NCBI GenBank assembly: GCA_002269645.1
Contig: NIVC01000280.1
Span: 310,001 to 374,000, forward strand
Length of the DNA: 64,000 nucleotides
Reading direction: 5' to 3'
From: Macrostomum lignano
Lineage: Eukaryota
Shown: piece after piece, positions 1-12,852 of the stretch
How positions within the stretch are numbered: position 1 is the first letter of the stretch
How the letters are laid out: each line of letters starts with the position of its first letter
Translations under genes and position numbers: made by a program
The notes under the pieces: generated by a model
The model's database searches: none
Told to the model about the DNA's origin: nothing
Seen by the model: the letters and a program-made list of their open reading frames with translations, nothing else

Positions 1-458
1 TATATAAGATCATTATATTATTATGCATGGACATATACTTGTATATATAAATGTATATACTGTACATTGCAGCTACATGTAGGTAGGTAGGTACTTATAT
101 AACTTAAATGCATAATAGAAAAATATGTTTGAAGACACTGCATTAGATTGAGACATGCATACCCTTGGGAAATCTTAATTCCCTAGTCATCATGGATATT
201 TTTATATGTGAACCTATATTGAAACTCTTTATTGAATATTGATTTTTAAATAATTATATACATATATATATGCATATTTACCAAATTGTTTACTTTTTAT
301 ATTTGTTTACTTTTGTCAGGTGTTAGTGTGCAAGCTGCTCTTGCACTTGCAAGTGCACAAGCACTAATCATCTAATGTTCATACTATCTATCAAAGTTTA
401 CATTCAGTCTATGGTCTTTATTTTGAGAACAATGGCCTACCAAATATATACTCTTGAA

Positions 459-640
459 GGGGCTGTAGCCCAGCAGTCTAGTGCAGGCTTTGGTGTGCCA
501 GCAACCCAGGCTCAATTCCAAGTGCAGTCATATTAATTTGGGGCTGAATTGGAATCTCGGCTTGGCTCTGCTCATGCAATTAACCGCCTTGAGAGCCAAC
601 CCCCAAGGTGCAGTGAATTAAACATGCCTAATGATAAAAT
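459..640 (+). mobile_element. Degenerate tRNA-derived SINE
   Basis: Begins GGGGCTGTAGCCCAGCAG (tRNA-like 5' end with A-box), has B-box-like GGCTCAATTCC at 509-519, then a unique body and A-rich end. No intact cloverleaf. Confidence 0.45.
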
Positions 641-1566
641 AAAGTTAGGGCCATTGCACACTCCTGTGTGAGTGTGTGCTTGCGTAAGTACCCACACACT
701 TGTATGCCTACTCAGAGGAGTCAGCAGAATGGGCTATGTCCTATAAAGTTTGCCAGGGTACATATAACCCCCTGCCTCTAATAAAAAAATATTCTTTTAT
801 GCAAATGATGGACCATAGCTGCCAAGCGCTTAGTCAGAAGCACTATCATTCTATATCTCATAGTCTCATTGGCTATAACTCAACAACTTTATATAATTGT
901 TTACTTTTTATAAGCTATTAATACTTGAATGCTCTAAAAGATAATCTCTTATCCTGGTATAAAAAGAAACTAAAAATCTCTAACAAGCTTGCATAATACA
1001 ATACTACCCTATAGGAAAAAGTTGTAAAACTGCAGACGGCATCCAGTGCACTTTTGGAATTTTTCTAAAGCACAGTGTGCACACAGGCGTGCTGCCCTTT
1101 CTTGCTGGCTGCTGCTCTAGCAAATAAATATATATGGAAGAGGGTCTAATACCTTTGTGGAAGGGGCCTATACACTTGTAATTTTTGTATAATGCTTAGA
1201 GATGTTCCAAAATTTCAATCTTGATTTTCCAAAATTTGGAATTTTTAAGAATGAATTTTGATTTCAAAAAAATTCAGAAGTCAAAATTTTGGAAGTGTGT
1301 AAAGAGTGGCTAAAATAAACTAATTTGTGCTACATATATATTTTTTTGTTTTGCATAAGCAGTAAATCAAGAGTAAAAAGGAGAGTTTTGGTCATACCAA
1401 ATTTTGTTTTTTTGAATTTTGATTTTGGAAAATTTCAATTTCAATGTCAGACAGTTAGCAAATTTAGATTTTGACAGTAAATGATTTCTAATAATCCTAA
1501 AGCACACATCTGCAAGTTTTCAACATTTATTCTAATAGGGCAATAGTAGATGCAGTAACTTATCTG

Positions 1567-2202
1567 CCATAGTCTGGATCATTGCAGATATATGCCAAAA
1601 AGAATAACATTTTTTTAATTTTATACCAATGTAAAATAAAAAAATTATGCCAAGCCTAAAGTTGTTTATTTATATGCCAATTTTTTAAAGAATATATAGT
1701 TTTCTTTATATTCTTTATAATTTTGAATTAAATTAAAAAATGGCTGTTCTTTGCTAAAAACTAAAATTCTTTGTTTTAATATTATTTTTCTCCTAAATAG
1801 CATTAATATTTTTTAAGTTTCTAATTATTTTTAAGAGCTTTTGTAGGTTAATATTTAACTATAAGATTATATTAGCCTTGAACCATAGCCTGGATCAAGG
1901 CAAGTGTATGCCAGAATAAAAAATTCATATTTTTTTCAATTTTATACTGATGTAAAATTAAAAAAAATTTACACCAAGCTCAAAATTGTTTATATGCCTG
2001 TTTTTTAAATAATATTTTTTAGGACTTAAAAAGTTTTACTAACCTTTACAATGGCCGTTTTTTTGCTAAAAACTGATATTCTTTGTTTTAATTTTGTTTT
2101 TCTTGTAATTATATTATTGTTTTCTATTTTAGTTTCTAATTATTTTTAAAGAGCTTTTGACATTGATTGATATTTAACTATATTATTATTTTAGCCTTGA
2201 AC
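1567..2202. repeat. Diverged tandem duplication, ~316-bp unit x2 (within 14-3-3 intron 1)
   Basis: CCATAG(T/C)CTGGATCA starts at 1567 and 1883. Both copies share TTTGCTAAAAACT, GTTTCTAATTATTTT and end in TTAGCCTTGAAC. Confidence 0.8.
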
Positions 2203-3327
2203 TTGGCTAATTTTTGTACGCCGACTCTAGGTTGCAGATGGTATGCATGTACGTGGGAACTTTTCCGGCGTACAAAACAGCCACTCTAAGTCTTTGGCAT
2301 ACATAATTGGCGTACACAACCCCAGGCAAACTTTGTTGGTGTACACTATTGGCATACACAAGTAACACAGCCACGCATGAAAATTGTGATATAAATGAAC
2401 ATTTTTACATAAAGTAATGGAAAATTTATATTGTCAATAGGTATAATTTAAGTTTGTTTAAATTGAAAATATTTGTAACATTTTAAAAACACTTTTCATA
2501 CAAAAGCCTTTCTTAGAAAACACAACTTGTGAAAACCATATAACCTTTTTTAAGGAATTTTTGGCGTACATTTTAGCACAACATTTTGTTGTTGGTGTAC
2601 ATTGGCATACAAAGTCCTTGATGCCTGAATTTGGTCTAGCATACACAGATACATGATCCACATACTGGTGCCGACTGTGTGTACACTTTATTTTGAACCT
2701 AAAAATTCTATAGGCCAAGTGTATACCAAGATTGTTAGCAAGAGCAAAAATATGCCAGAATTTTCTGGCATAAAGGCCACCTTCCAGACTGGTTTATCTG
2801 CAAATAAATAAAAATGGTTGCAGGCATTATTATGAATATCTTTTAATGGATATTTTATAGATATCATAGGCCCGGAAGGCCCCCCTAGTCTGGATCATGC
2901 TGGGTGCACACCCAAATAAAAATTGAATAATTACATATACATGCCAAAAAATTAGTGCACACCCATTCTTAAAAATAAGCCAATATTGCGACAATAAATG
3001 ATTTCTTTAAATTGCATAATAGACCTAAATAATTAGGCTTAAAGGCATTGGCTATAGCAAAAATTACAAAATATGTTTTTCTGAAATCTTCTAAGCATTT
3101 TAGGTCTTGAGCTGACTTTAAAAAATACTTTTGTTTAGGTTTTGGCTATTCTGGCAATAATATATTTTATTTTTATCAATACGACAATAGAATAGATAAA
3201 AGATAAAAAAGCTAAAAAAGCATGCTAGTATTTTTAGGGCCTATGCATGACAAATAAAAACAGCAATTTAGATTAAAATATACTATAAAATGGATACAAA
3301 AACGAATACTTTCAAATGCTTCCTTAC

Positions 3328-3397
3328 CATCATATCGTTCTGCTTGCTCAGCAAGCTTAGCAAAATATACTTTATCTTCGCGGTCGTCAAGGGCCAT
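3328..3397 (-). CDS. YWHAE: 14-3-3 (epsilon-like) first coding exon; rest of gene lies left of the window
   Basis: Translates MALDDREDKVYFAKLAEQAERYD, matching the 14-3-3 epsilon N-terminus. Followed by a phase-1 GTAAGG donor at 3327, the position expected for this family. Confidence 0.9.
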
Positions 3398-4699
3398 TTT
3401 TTACCTTAAAATTACTTTCTCCGACTATTATATACCTTTAAATAAATAAATTTATTGTTGAAGGCCGTTCTGTCTGTACCTTTACGCTATAAGTAATGTA
3501 ACAGTGTCTTGGATACAATACGGCTAGGTAGGAATTCGGTACAGAAAATTAAGGACGTTAGACGTTAGACCTATGATGACTTGTGATCGTTTCTTAGATT
3601 TGGGTCTCTCAAAACAAGCACAGCACCGCGCCCCGCAGCGCTACACATTAAAACAAATTGAACTATAACTGAAGACATTTTAAAATGCGTTTTCTGTTAA
3701 GCATAAAGTTTTTATTGAACTTAGTTTTTTATTTGAAATATAAAATTTAGTGAATAATAATTGATATTATTAATAATATTAAATAAAAAATGATAATATA
3801 ATTTAATAATGAAAACGAGATGAAAAATAAGAATAATATTTAAAATAATAATTAAAGTTATTTAATCTTTTACTCTTACAACAATTAATAGTTTTCTTTG
3901 AAATCAAATGCTGCATTGACAAAAAGTAGTAGTAAGTAAGTTTGGCTCAGGCAAGAAGCCTGTTTGGCCAATATATTTCAGTGTTTATTTATATATTTAA
4001 GGATAATTCAAGAATAGAAGGCAATATGAGTTATTTAAGTACGATTACGAGTTTTGCAATATAGTATTCGAAAGAGCGCGTAAATGTTATTAACGAAACT
4101 TTGAACGAGCTTTAACGACTAACGAAGTAATAAAAGTAAGGAATTAAAAAAGACAAGTATTGTGTGAAATTTATGTAAATATTTGGCGATTATTGTAAAA
4201 AGTATGTTATATGAAAGCCTGAAAAAAAGAAAAAAAGACGAGCAACTTTTAACGTCTAACGACTTAATGGTAATTAAATAGAAAAAAACAAGAGGTGATG
4301 AACGGACAGAAGATCTTGCAAAAAGAATGAGTGGAAGGAATGAGTCATTTATTGAATGATGCATATCTGGCGGTATTGGTAATATTAATATTTTTCTGCG
4401 AAAAATGCGCCAAGGGACCGTACCAAGGACATGAATCGCGATGGTGGGAATAAGAAGCGGACTCAGTACTAATCTGCTATACATGCATACGAACATGTTA
4501 TACATTTCAAGTAAATAATTTTAACTGTACATGACATCGTAGATTTTAGCTACTCCGGAGAGCTCTTTTCTGACTCTTTTTTCATTTGTAGCATACCCTA
4601 TTTTATGTATCTGGGTGGCGTCTAGGAGGTATTGAGAAAAGAATTATCTCCTAATCTCTAGTGTTTGTGGGCACTCAGCTAGGTAGTGAAGGATCCATT

Positions 4700-5300
4700 T
4701 CTTGCTCCACAGAGTCCACAAGCTTCCTTGGGTATGCTACACACAATGCCTTGGGTGTGAGCTCACATTTCAGTTTTAGAAGGGTCGTTAGGTATTTTTT
4801 GTTTCTAAATAGACATGGAAAGTATAGTTTAAGAGGACAGGTCTGCAGATTTTTTGTATAGGTAAGTATTTTTGTAGTATTAATATGGTGCTGGTTGTCT
4901 AGCTTTCGGCTTAGTTCTCTTTCTCTATACATGTGCAGGTGCTTTTTCACTAGAGATTTCTCATTTTTAAAGCTTAATTGGCCGGGGTTTTTATCTTTGT
5001 ATAGTGTCTCGAGGTCTATACTTTCAGTTTCTTTTGAACATTCGTTACCCATGGGTTATTTTGACTGGTATTTGAGTGAAAAATTTAAAGTGTTGTTGGA
5101 CAGAGTTTTTTGTGTCTGATTTTTAGCCAGTAGGTAAGGTAGGTTTTTGCGATCTGTTGAGAGATTGGTATGAGCTCGAGTTCGGATGATATTACACTGT
5201 TGCTCGCACTTTTTGGTAGGTTGAGAAGGTATTTGTAGAACTTTAATTGGATGCTATCGATAGCATTTGTGTCAGAAAGGGTAGCCAGAGGTCCCAATTT
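4700..5300 (-). mobile_element. 5'-truncated non-LTR retrotransposon (CR1/L2-group) post-RT fragment
   Basis: IDSIQLKFYKYLLNLPKSASNSVISSELELIPI..YLTYWLKI resembles the LINE thumb region (IE.VQLKF.K..L..PKS.SN.....ELG..P). The following frame has a C-terminal-like segment (LFRNKKYLTTLLKLKC). Confidence 0.65.
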
Positions 5301-7462
5301 AAAGTTCACAATCATAAGTGATAACAGGAGAAACGAGGGTGTCAAATAAGTGTCAATTAAGTTTTCTTTGCAATCCAATACTGCATTGACAAAAAATGTT
5401 ATAATGTGTAGCGGTTCGGAACGGTGCGGTGCGTGTTTTAGGGAGACCCCTTCAGATTTTTATATTCGTGTTAATGTTAAAAATTCTAACAAAGGCTTTG
5501 TAATAAAGCTCTACTTTACCGGTTTTATTAACAAACAAACTAAAAACACGTTATTAATTCAAAGAAAACATAATTGTAAATTGTCGAGTCAACCGAGCAA
5601 TGGTGCAAAAAGGCTAGTACTTCTTCAATTTGCTTGTGCACCCAATTTGCATAAAGAATTACGCATTCTGATGCATTTTGGTCACAAGAACAACTCCAAC
5701 GTGAGCTGAATTAGCCCTTGATGGGCCCTAAAACTAAAGACCTCGCACGCACCAGAAGGAGATCATAAAGTCGGCACGAACAAACCTTTACATGTACACA
5801 TGGATACAAGTGTTTTATATATTCCAGGAATGCATGATGTGTATGTCTATTAGTTTTGGCCACGCGATGCATACAATACTTGTACAACACGGCATTAAGA
5901 GCCAAGATCTTTCTCTAAAATGAAGAAATACGATTTCTGCGTATGCACTATTTTTGGCATTCTCACACAGTGTGTACACTGATTAACATTCCAACACAAA
6001 ACTTATTATATGAAACATCTGCTTGAAGCAGAACAAAAACGTGCACCGGCTTTAGCTGAAGGATTCAATGGGGAGGTGTCGCCGCCTATTTGGCTAGCCC
6101 CTGGCGACCACGGACAGCCAATACTGCAGCAGCGTTGCGTAGTGAGATCTGTAGAGCTGAGGTGTCCACACCTTCGGGGAGTAGTGAATGGTCGTTCGCC
6201 TAGTAGCAGCTATGTACATGACTGTTACAGACGAGCTGGCAGAGATTATCGGGCCTGCATGAAATCGTCGGAGAGATTCTCTTTTGGGTTGAAGTAAGTG
6301 AGCCTGTCCCGAGCATTCACAGATGAATTTCTCTGCATCATCTGCAGATTGCCGAAATTGAGTGCAAAATCTGCACGCGTCAATAAAGTTTACCCATAGA
6401 CGAGCAGACAAGTTTGAGACAAAATTAAATTGAATGCAGATTGCCGACATAGAATGTGGTTCGCTGAAATGGAATGATATATTTCCGCACGCTGACGAGT
6501 GCGTCATGGCACATTCGTGCATTTGATCAGTGTTGTTTGATCCTGCATTGACAAAGTCATTCTTGCACGGATGCTACGCAGAGGCGGCACAGCTCACAGC
6601 AAAACGGCAGAATGAAATTGGAGAGTGAGCTTAATTAATAGTTTCATAGCTTTAGAGCTGAGCCATGGCTGCAATTATTAACTCCACCATAGCACCTCCG
6701 AGCACGCTTAAATTGAATGAAGATTTGGTTGGCTAAATTTTGATTGCCGATTTTGAATGCCAGCTTGCTGAAATTGAATGCGACTTTGGTTGAAATTGAA
6801 TGCAAAAACGTCTACAACTTTTGTTTTTTATTCCTTCTAATTCAGTTTTTGGAATTAAGAACCACAACATCCTTGCGTGTTATACCAATGTGTATCTGCC
6901 GTTGAACATGCATCGCGACTGCTGATTGAGTAGTGCATTGACAGTGTTTTCCTAGTGTACATGTACATGTAAAAGTCATGGGGCCGAATGAAAAAAAATG
7001 AGAAAGTCTCATCAGAAATTCTCGCAAGCCAAGAAAATCTTCAAAAGACATGAATTAAGTTTTCTTGGCTAGCAAGACTTTCTCGCAAGATTTTATGAAG
7101 CAAAGTGTTGTCTATGGGCCAAACTGGGCCGGGTTGGATGGAATCTCGAGAGAAAAATAAGACTGGGTACAGAACCAGGGGCTTCCACTTTCGAGAATTT
7201 TTTTGGCTGGCTTATTTTTTGCCTTGCTTGTAGCATTCTGCGAAAACACATTTGTTTAGCGAAGGGAAAATTGAAACAGATGCACAAATGGAAGGGCAAG
7301 ACGCACAAGTGCACGAAGAGGATGCAGACTGCATCATAGACGTCCTGACAAAACACGCGATTTTGTTGACTAAGAGCAGCCCGCCGGTGCAGTAAAACGC
7401 CAGAAGGCATTTTTGCCAGCTTAGACAACTTTTGCCAGCTTAGACAACTTAGCCAGCTTAGG

Positions 7463-8875
7463 CGATGGAGAGCATCCTGGCCGATCTAAAAGGAATACCT
7501 ATTTATCAGGATGATGTTCTTGTTTTTGCTGAGAATGCCGACTCGCTTAGTAAGCGTCGACTGACCTCGATTAAGACAAGGCTGGCAGAGAAGAAATTCC
7601 GTGTCAATGAGAAAAAATGCATTCACTTATGCAATGAGATCAATTTCCTCGGCTTTAAAATTTTGGCGGCTGTGATCTGACTCAATGACGAGCTGATGGA
7701 AAAGATATTGCGAATTGCGAATTGCAATTGCACAGCGAATTGCTATTGAACTCGCTGCCGACTCCTTAACTCAGTGGGTGATGAAGAGGATCCGTACTGG
7801 AAACTGGAATGACTGCTCAGAAGCTGACACGCCGTTCAAGAAGGTAGTGAATGTCTGACGATTAAGAATGGTCTGTTGTACATGAGAAGGCGTATCTTCA
7901 TTCCGCCTCGGTTGCGCCTCAAAGCATTCAAAGCGGTTTACGATACTCATTCAGGAGTTTCGGCTGAATGAGTATCCTGCTGGCGGCCTGGAATGCACAC
8001 GACACGGAGGAGTTCGTGCGCCAGTGCTATGCATGCGCTAAATTGAGGCCCTGTCTGATGAAGTCACGCGAAATTTAGCCCCCGATATCGACCCCATTCT
8101 AGAGAATCCACATGAATTTGGCCTTCGTGCCTGAAGTTGGGAACATTCTGATGGCTGTCCATGCCTTTTCCGGATGGATCGGGGCCTTTCTATCAAAGGA
8201 TAGCTCTGCCGACAGCGTCCTGAATTGCCTTCGGACTGCTTTTTGCCGGTTTGGTGTTCCAGAGGTAGTTGTTTGGAAGTCCGATAACGAGGCTGAATTT
8301 ATTGTACAACTGAAGTTTTGTTGGACTGGCTACAAGCTAACGGAGTGCGCAAGTTAGAATCACCGCTCTACTCACCAAAATCCAACGGCGCCGCAGAACG
8401 CGCTGTAAAGACAGTTAAGAGGGTCTTTGAAACCTGGACTCAGCGACTGACTCACTGTGACTTTACATGTATTTCCTACTTGCAGAAAGTGCTTCTGCAC
8501 CACCACAACTCCTCTGTCTGGCGCGGTAAGAGGCCGGCTGAGTTGCTCTTTGGATGGTCCCATCGACTTCCAGTAGTTTCTGCGTTTCAACAGGGCGCCA
8601 AAGTGGTCTAAAAGCCCAATTCTGGTGCTCCCTCCTCCCAAGCCGAGTTCCTGATGTCGCGAGGACATAATACTTCCTGGTTGTTAGCTGAGGACAAGTT
8701 GCGACTGGCGAGCAACAACCAAATCGCCCCGCTACCTGGGACTGAGAAGGAGGAGGAAGCGGCTTCGGAGGTTCTGGACCAGGAGGAGCAGCCTATGCAT
8801 GAACAACAGGAAGCTGGACTTGCAGCGCACAGAAGCACACGTGATCAGCGTGCACCTGATCGTTTTGTGCCATGA
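7463..8875 (+). mobile_element. Degenerate Ty3/gypsy pol relic (RT end, integrase)
   Basis: YQDD RT motif (ORF 7465). Integrase core FGVPEVVV..SDN and SPLYSPKSNGAAERAVKTVK (ORFs 8112, 8318). C-terminal RSTRDQRAPDRF tail. Many frameshifts and deletions. Confidence 0.9.
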
Positions 8876-8984
8876 TCTGTTACTGTTCTAACTCAATTGT
8901 ATTAGAGTTCTATCTGACAATGCACTATGGTGATGGTGATGGTACATCAATGAGTTTACAACACAGAGAAGGGCACCGGTTCTG

Positions 8985-9609
8985 GGATGGGCACGCCTGG
9001 GATTGCAAGAATTGTTGATCACAGGTAAATATACGCAAGGGGAGTTTCTTTGAACGTAGCCATCTGGAACTCCAGCAGCTCATTACCCTGATCTATTACT
9101 TGGCCAGAGATGAAAGCAAGACAGTGGTGGTGCACGAGTGCAAGGTGGCCGACCACACTGTTGTCGATTGGCTTAACTTTGTCCGAGACATCTGCAGCCA
9201 GTTTTTCTTCGACCACCCTGTGCAACTGGGCGGACCTGGTTCAACCCTTGAAATCGACGAGAGCAAATTCTTCCATAGGGAGGGTCTTTGGGTCCTTGGA
9301 ATGGTGGAGAGGGAGACCAATAAGTGCGTGATGGTCAAGGTGCCTGACAGGACTGCCAACTTACAACCAGCTTGCCAACCATCAGTTTGTCAACCATCAC
9401 CTACATTTTGTGGACCTAAATGACCCGACCCTGCATACGAACACCATCGAGGGCACATGGGCTCATTGCAAGGCCAAGTTCCGGCGGCTTAAGTGGATTT
9501 GAGTGAGCTCTTCGAGTCCTATATTCAGGAGTTCATGTGGTGGCGTGCGCATGGAGATTCGGAAGCAGCATTTGCCAACATCCTGTGCTGGATCCGTCAT
9601 TGTTACTAG
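8985..9609 (+). mobile_element. Merlin (IS1595-like) DNA transposase relic
   Basis: IRKGSFFERSHL, TVVDWLNFVRDIC, LGGPGSTLEIDESKF, WVLGMVER, HTNTIEGTWAHCKAKF and ESYIQEFMWW are the characteristic ordered Merlin/ISXO2 motifs. Internal deletion around 9360-9430. Confidence 0.88.
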
Positions 9610-10186
9610 TAACGATTGATCCGTAACTATACATATACTAAACTACGAACTCCTTTTCCGGTTTACAGTTACGTTTATATTGTTATAAACAAACCAACAA
9701 ACGTTTTACATGTTAAAACAGTTCCTTGCACTCCCAGGAGTAAGAAAATGAAATAATTATTATTAGTTTAGCTAAAATCAAAAGAAAAATAACTTCGCGA
9801 ACGAAACTGCACTGATGCCGCTGTTGCAATCATTTCTTTTTTTGGATAAAAAGTCAATTGACTGTACTTCGCACCATGACAGATAACTGCTAGTCAAACA
9901 ACATCGTCAGCACCAAAGTCTTTAATTCCTACATCCCCTCTCACCAGCAGCTGGGCGGCGAGTGGATTTTTAAAAGTCCAATGGTTTTTAATAATATTGT
10001 CGTTTTAATGCCTTAGGTTCGTCAGTAAATTATCGATTTCTTTTTTCTGTCAACCTGATTAAGCTGAAACTCTAGCACTGAATTCATTACATATTGGTCC
10101 ATGTTTGTGTAATTTTTTATAAAAATCGAAATTGAACAGATGCAGAGATATTAGGGGTGTCTAAGAACTTTTTGGACGCACTAAGG

Positions 10187-10510
10187 TAGTACTGTTGTTT
10201 TGATAGCACTGTCGTTTTAATAGTACTGTCGTTTTAATAGTACTGTCGTTTTAATATTACTGTCGTTTTAATAGTACTGTCGTTTTAATAGTACTGTCGT
10301 TTTAATAGTACTGTCGTTTTAATAGTACTGTCGTTTTAATAGTACTGTCGTTTCAATAGTATTGTCGTTTTAGTAGTATCGTTTTAATAGACCTGTCCTT
10401 TTAATAGTATTGTCGTTTTAATACTGTAGTTGTAATAGTACAGTCGTTGTATCTAGATACTGTCGTTTTTATAATACTATCGTTTTAATAATATTGTCGT
10501 TTTAATAGTA
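10187..10510. repeat. 17-bp minisatellite (GTACTGTCGTTTTAATA)n, ~19 copies
   Basis: Direct reading. Copies are near-perfect in the centre and degenerate at the edges. Confidence 0.95.
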
Positions 10511-11282
10511 TTTTCTGGGAACAGAATTGAGTGATCACCTACTTTCGCGGGCTCCTCTTCTCATAGAGCGGGATTCTCTTCTTGAAATCTGAAGTCGGCC
10601 GTCTGAAGAGCAACTTAAGTTTAACAAACAGCTCGACGTTAACTTTATTCCTCAAGATCAGAAATCAAAATCAGTGATTTGCCCTAATAATGAAATCTAT
10701 TATATAACACTAACAAGGTCCTCCAGAAAGGGTGTATTCTTCTAGAAATAACGGAATCGGAGTATTGTGCCCCTATCTGTTACTCTAGGGTAACGTATAA
10801 TCAACTGACAATCAGAATCAATAATCGTATAAGAGTATCTGAATCGGTCCAGAGGGTCTTATCCAATCCCTTACGAATATTGAGGCCTTTAGTTCAATAA
10901 CTCAACAGAAATCAACTGATCAATAACGGCCACCAATGACTCAGCTCTCAATAATCAACTATAGCCAAGAAAGCGTCAAAGGCTTACCGATCGGTATGCG
11001 TTTCTTTCGAAGATGTTTTCGATGGCAGTTCTTGAGAAGGCTCGAAGTCTCTTGAGGCTTCTCCGAGTCTGAGATTTTTGGGCTCTCTAAGCGCTTGTAT
11101 TTATAGGCAATATCCACGTAAACAAGATAATTTTGATGGGGTGAAAGGTTAATTAAAGTTAATTTGTTCTTAAGAATTCGACCCCTTGACAGTTGAATAG
11201 ATTTTTTCGGGACACCGTTTACCTTCTTTGGGGTCGTGGTTCGTTGTTTACGATATTCGGGGAAACTTTGGTTCATCTTGCA
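10511..11282 (-). mobile_element. Solo-LTR-like module with TATA box, initiator and splice donor
   Basis: Minus strand starts TGCAAGATG. TATAAATA at 11105-11098, TCAGAC Inr-like at ~11070, GTAAGC donor at ~10987. Flanked by an ATAGTA direct repeat. Shares blocks with 22952-23705. Confidence 0.5.
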
Positions 11283-11399
11283 TAGTAGATAGTAATATTA
11301 TTCAAGGTATAATTCTGCTACAAATGTTTTTGTTACAGTAGTTGTAGTTTTCATTTATGAATAAATGTATCACTACACTATAAAGAAGGCGATAAAAGC

Positions 11400-12320
11400 A
11401 AATGACTTCAGCCAGGCCTCCATCGAACGGTATCTCCTATTTTATCGATCATCTTTCGGCAAGATAGGATCGTCCACAGCTGCGTCGGAAGCTGCGAGTC
11501 CCGTTGCAAACGTCAGCAGAGTGGATTCCCAATAAGGCTGTAGTCTACAAGGCGGGACAGCACAATTGCGAGGGCAACCTAATGGTTCCTCTTGGACAAA
11601 ATACTGCGATCATTCAACTCTCAAATTGTCGGCTGAAAAAGGCACATCTTGACTGATTGTACCGGTTTCATCCCAACGACGACGGACGCTACGGACGGGG
11701 AGCCAAGAAAGGAAGCAACATCATGTTGCAATGAATTCGAAGCTACTGGGACCAATCTCGAATGCCGTATAAGTTGTCTATGGCCCCCCGACCTTCACCC
11801 GCCTGAGGAGCCCGAGGTCGAGGACATCACCTGCTCAAGGCCTGAGCTACCAAGGCGAAGCGAACGTCTGCAAGCGAACCGAAAGTAAGGATTGACTTGG
11901 CCTAGTGATTAACTGACTGTAACGGTTGTTAACCTCATGGAGAAAGGGAGGTGCTGTGGGCAGATGAGTTCAAGCAGAAGCTCATTTATATGCTTTAGTA
12001 TATTAGTTGTACGAGCTAGCAGTTATTATATTCGTTGTCGTTGTACTTTTCCCTTCTGTCAGATTTATGCATTAAACTGACAATTGATAATATCATTCCC
12101 TTTTTTCTCTGTGTATTTTTGCGTTTGGTGTGGCCCCTAATTGGTCCGTTTTATTTCGTGCCTGTTGTATGCGTATTTAGAGCGTTTTGTATGATAGTTA
12201 TACGATCGATAGTTTAGGCCTCTCCGTGCGAGTAGCGCACGAAGAGGTCCAGTTTAATACTTTTTAATATAACCTGCCTCGCCTCTCCCTCCCTCTCTCT
12301 ATTGTTAATTTGTCCCACTA
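11400..12320 (+). mobile_element. Ty3/gypsy 3' end: integrase tail, PPT and 3' LTR (11955-~12320)
   Basis: IERYLLFYRS..KLRVPL..KAHLD integrase C-terminus, PRRSERLQANRK stop, purine tract AGAAAGGGAGG, then TGTGGG...CCCAC(T)A. Confidence 0.75.
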
Positions 12321-12852
12321 GCAATTGGACACGTTCGTTGCCTTTCCTATCGATGAGTACCATAGACAGCACTGTACGCTGCTAGTAAGCCCGAGCTACA
12401 TGTTTATCATAAGACAAGAAGTGTACTCGCCTCAGAGCGCTACTAATCGAAAGCTCTAAACTTGTAGCAACCAGCTACAGCCTCTAGGCATAGAGTAAAC
12501 CATGGAGTATTCGCAGACTCGAGGGTCTCCTCTTTCTGACAGATTGAACATAAGTAATCTCAATTGCAAACGGACACCACATTCCATAGAAACATATCCA
12601 AGTTTTGTCAACCGTGATCTCTGTTAGCATTGTGATGAACTTTTATTTAGCTAAAAATGCACTTTATTTACAAGCCGTTCATGGCTGCTGAGCTGAAAAT
12701 GTCTATGGACATTTAGTTCGTGAGCATAGCTCGTACTGTACGAAAAGAGCCACAAAATATAATGAAAGAGTAAAAATGTCTGTTGACATGAACTAAAAAG
12801 CTGATACTCAAAATAATTAAAGGACTGGAAATCATTTTTAAGAAAACCAACA

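Noticed and set aside
459-530. Functional tRNA gene
   Set aside because: A and B boxes are degenerate, no cloverleaf can be folded, and the sequence continues into a SINE-like body.
6094-6522. Cys-containing 142-aa minus-strand ORF
   Set aside because: No recognisable domain. It overlaps repeated AAATTGA(A/G)TGC motifs that suggest non-coding TE subterminal DNA.
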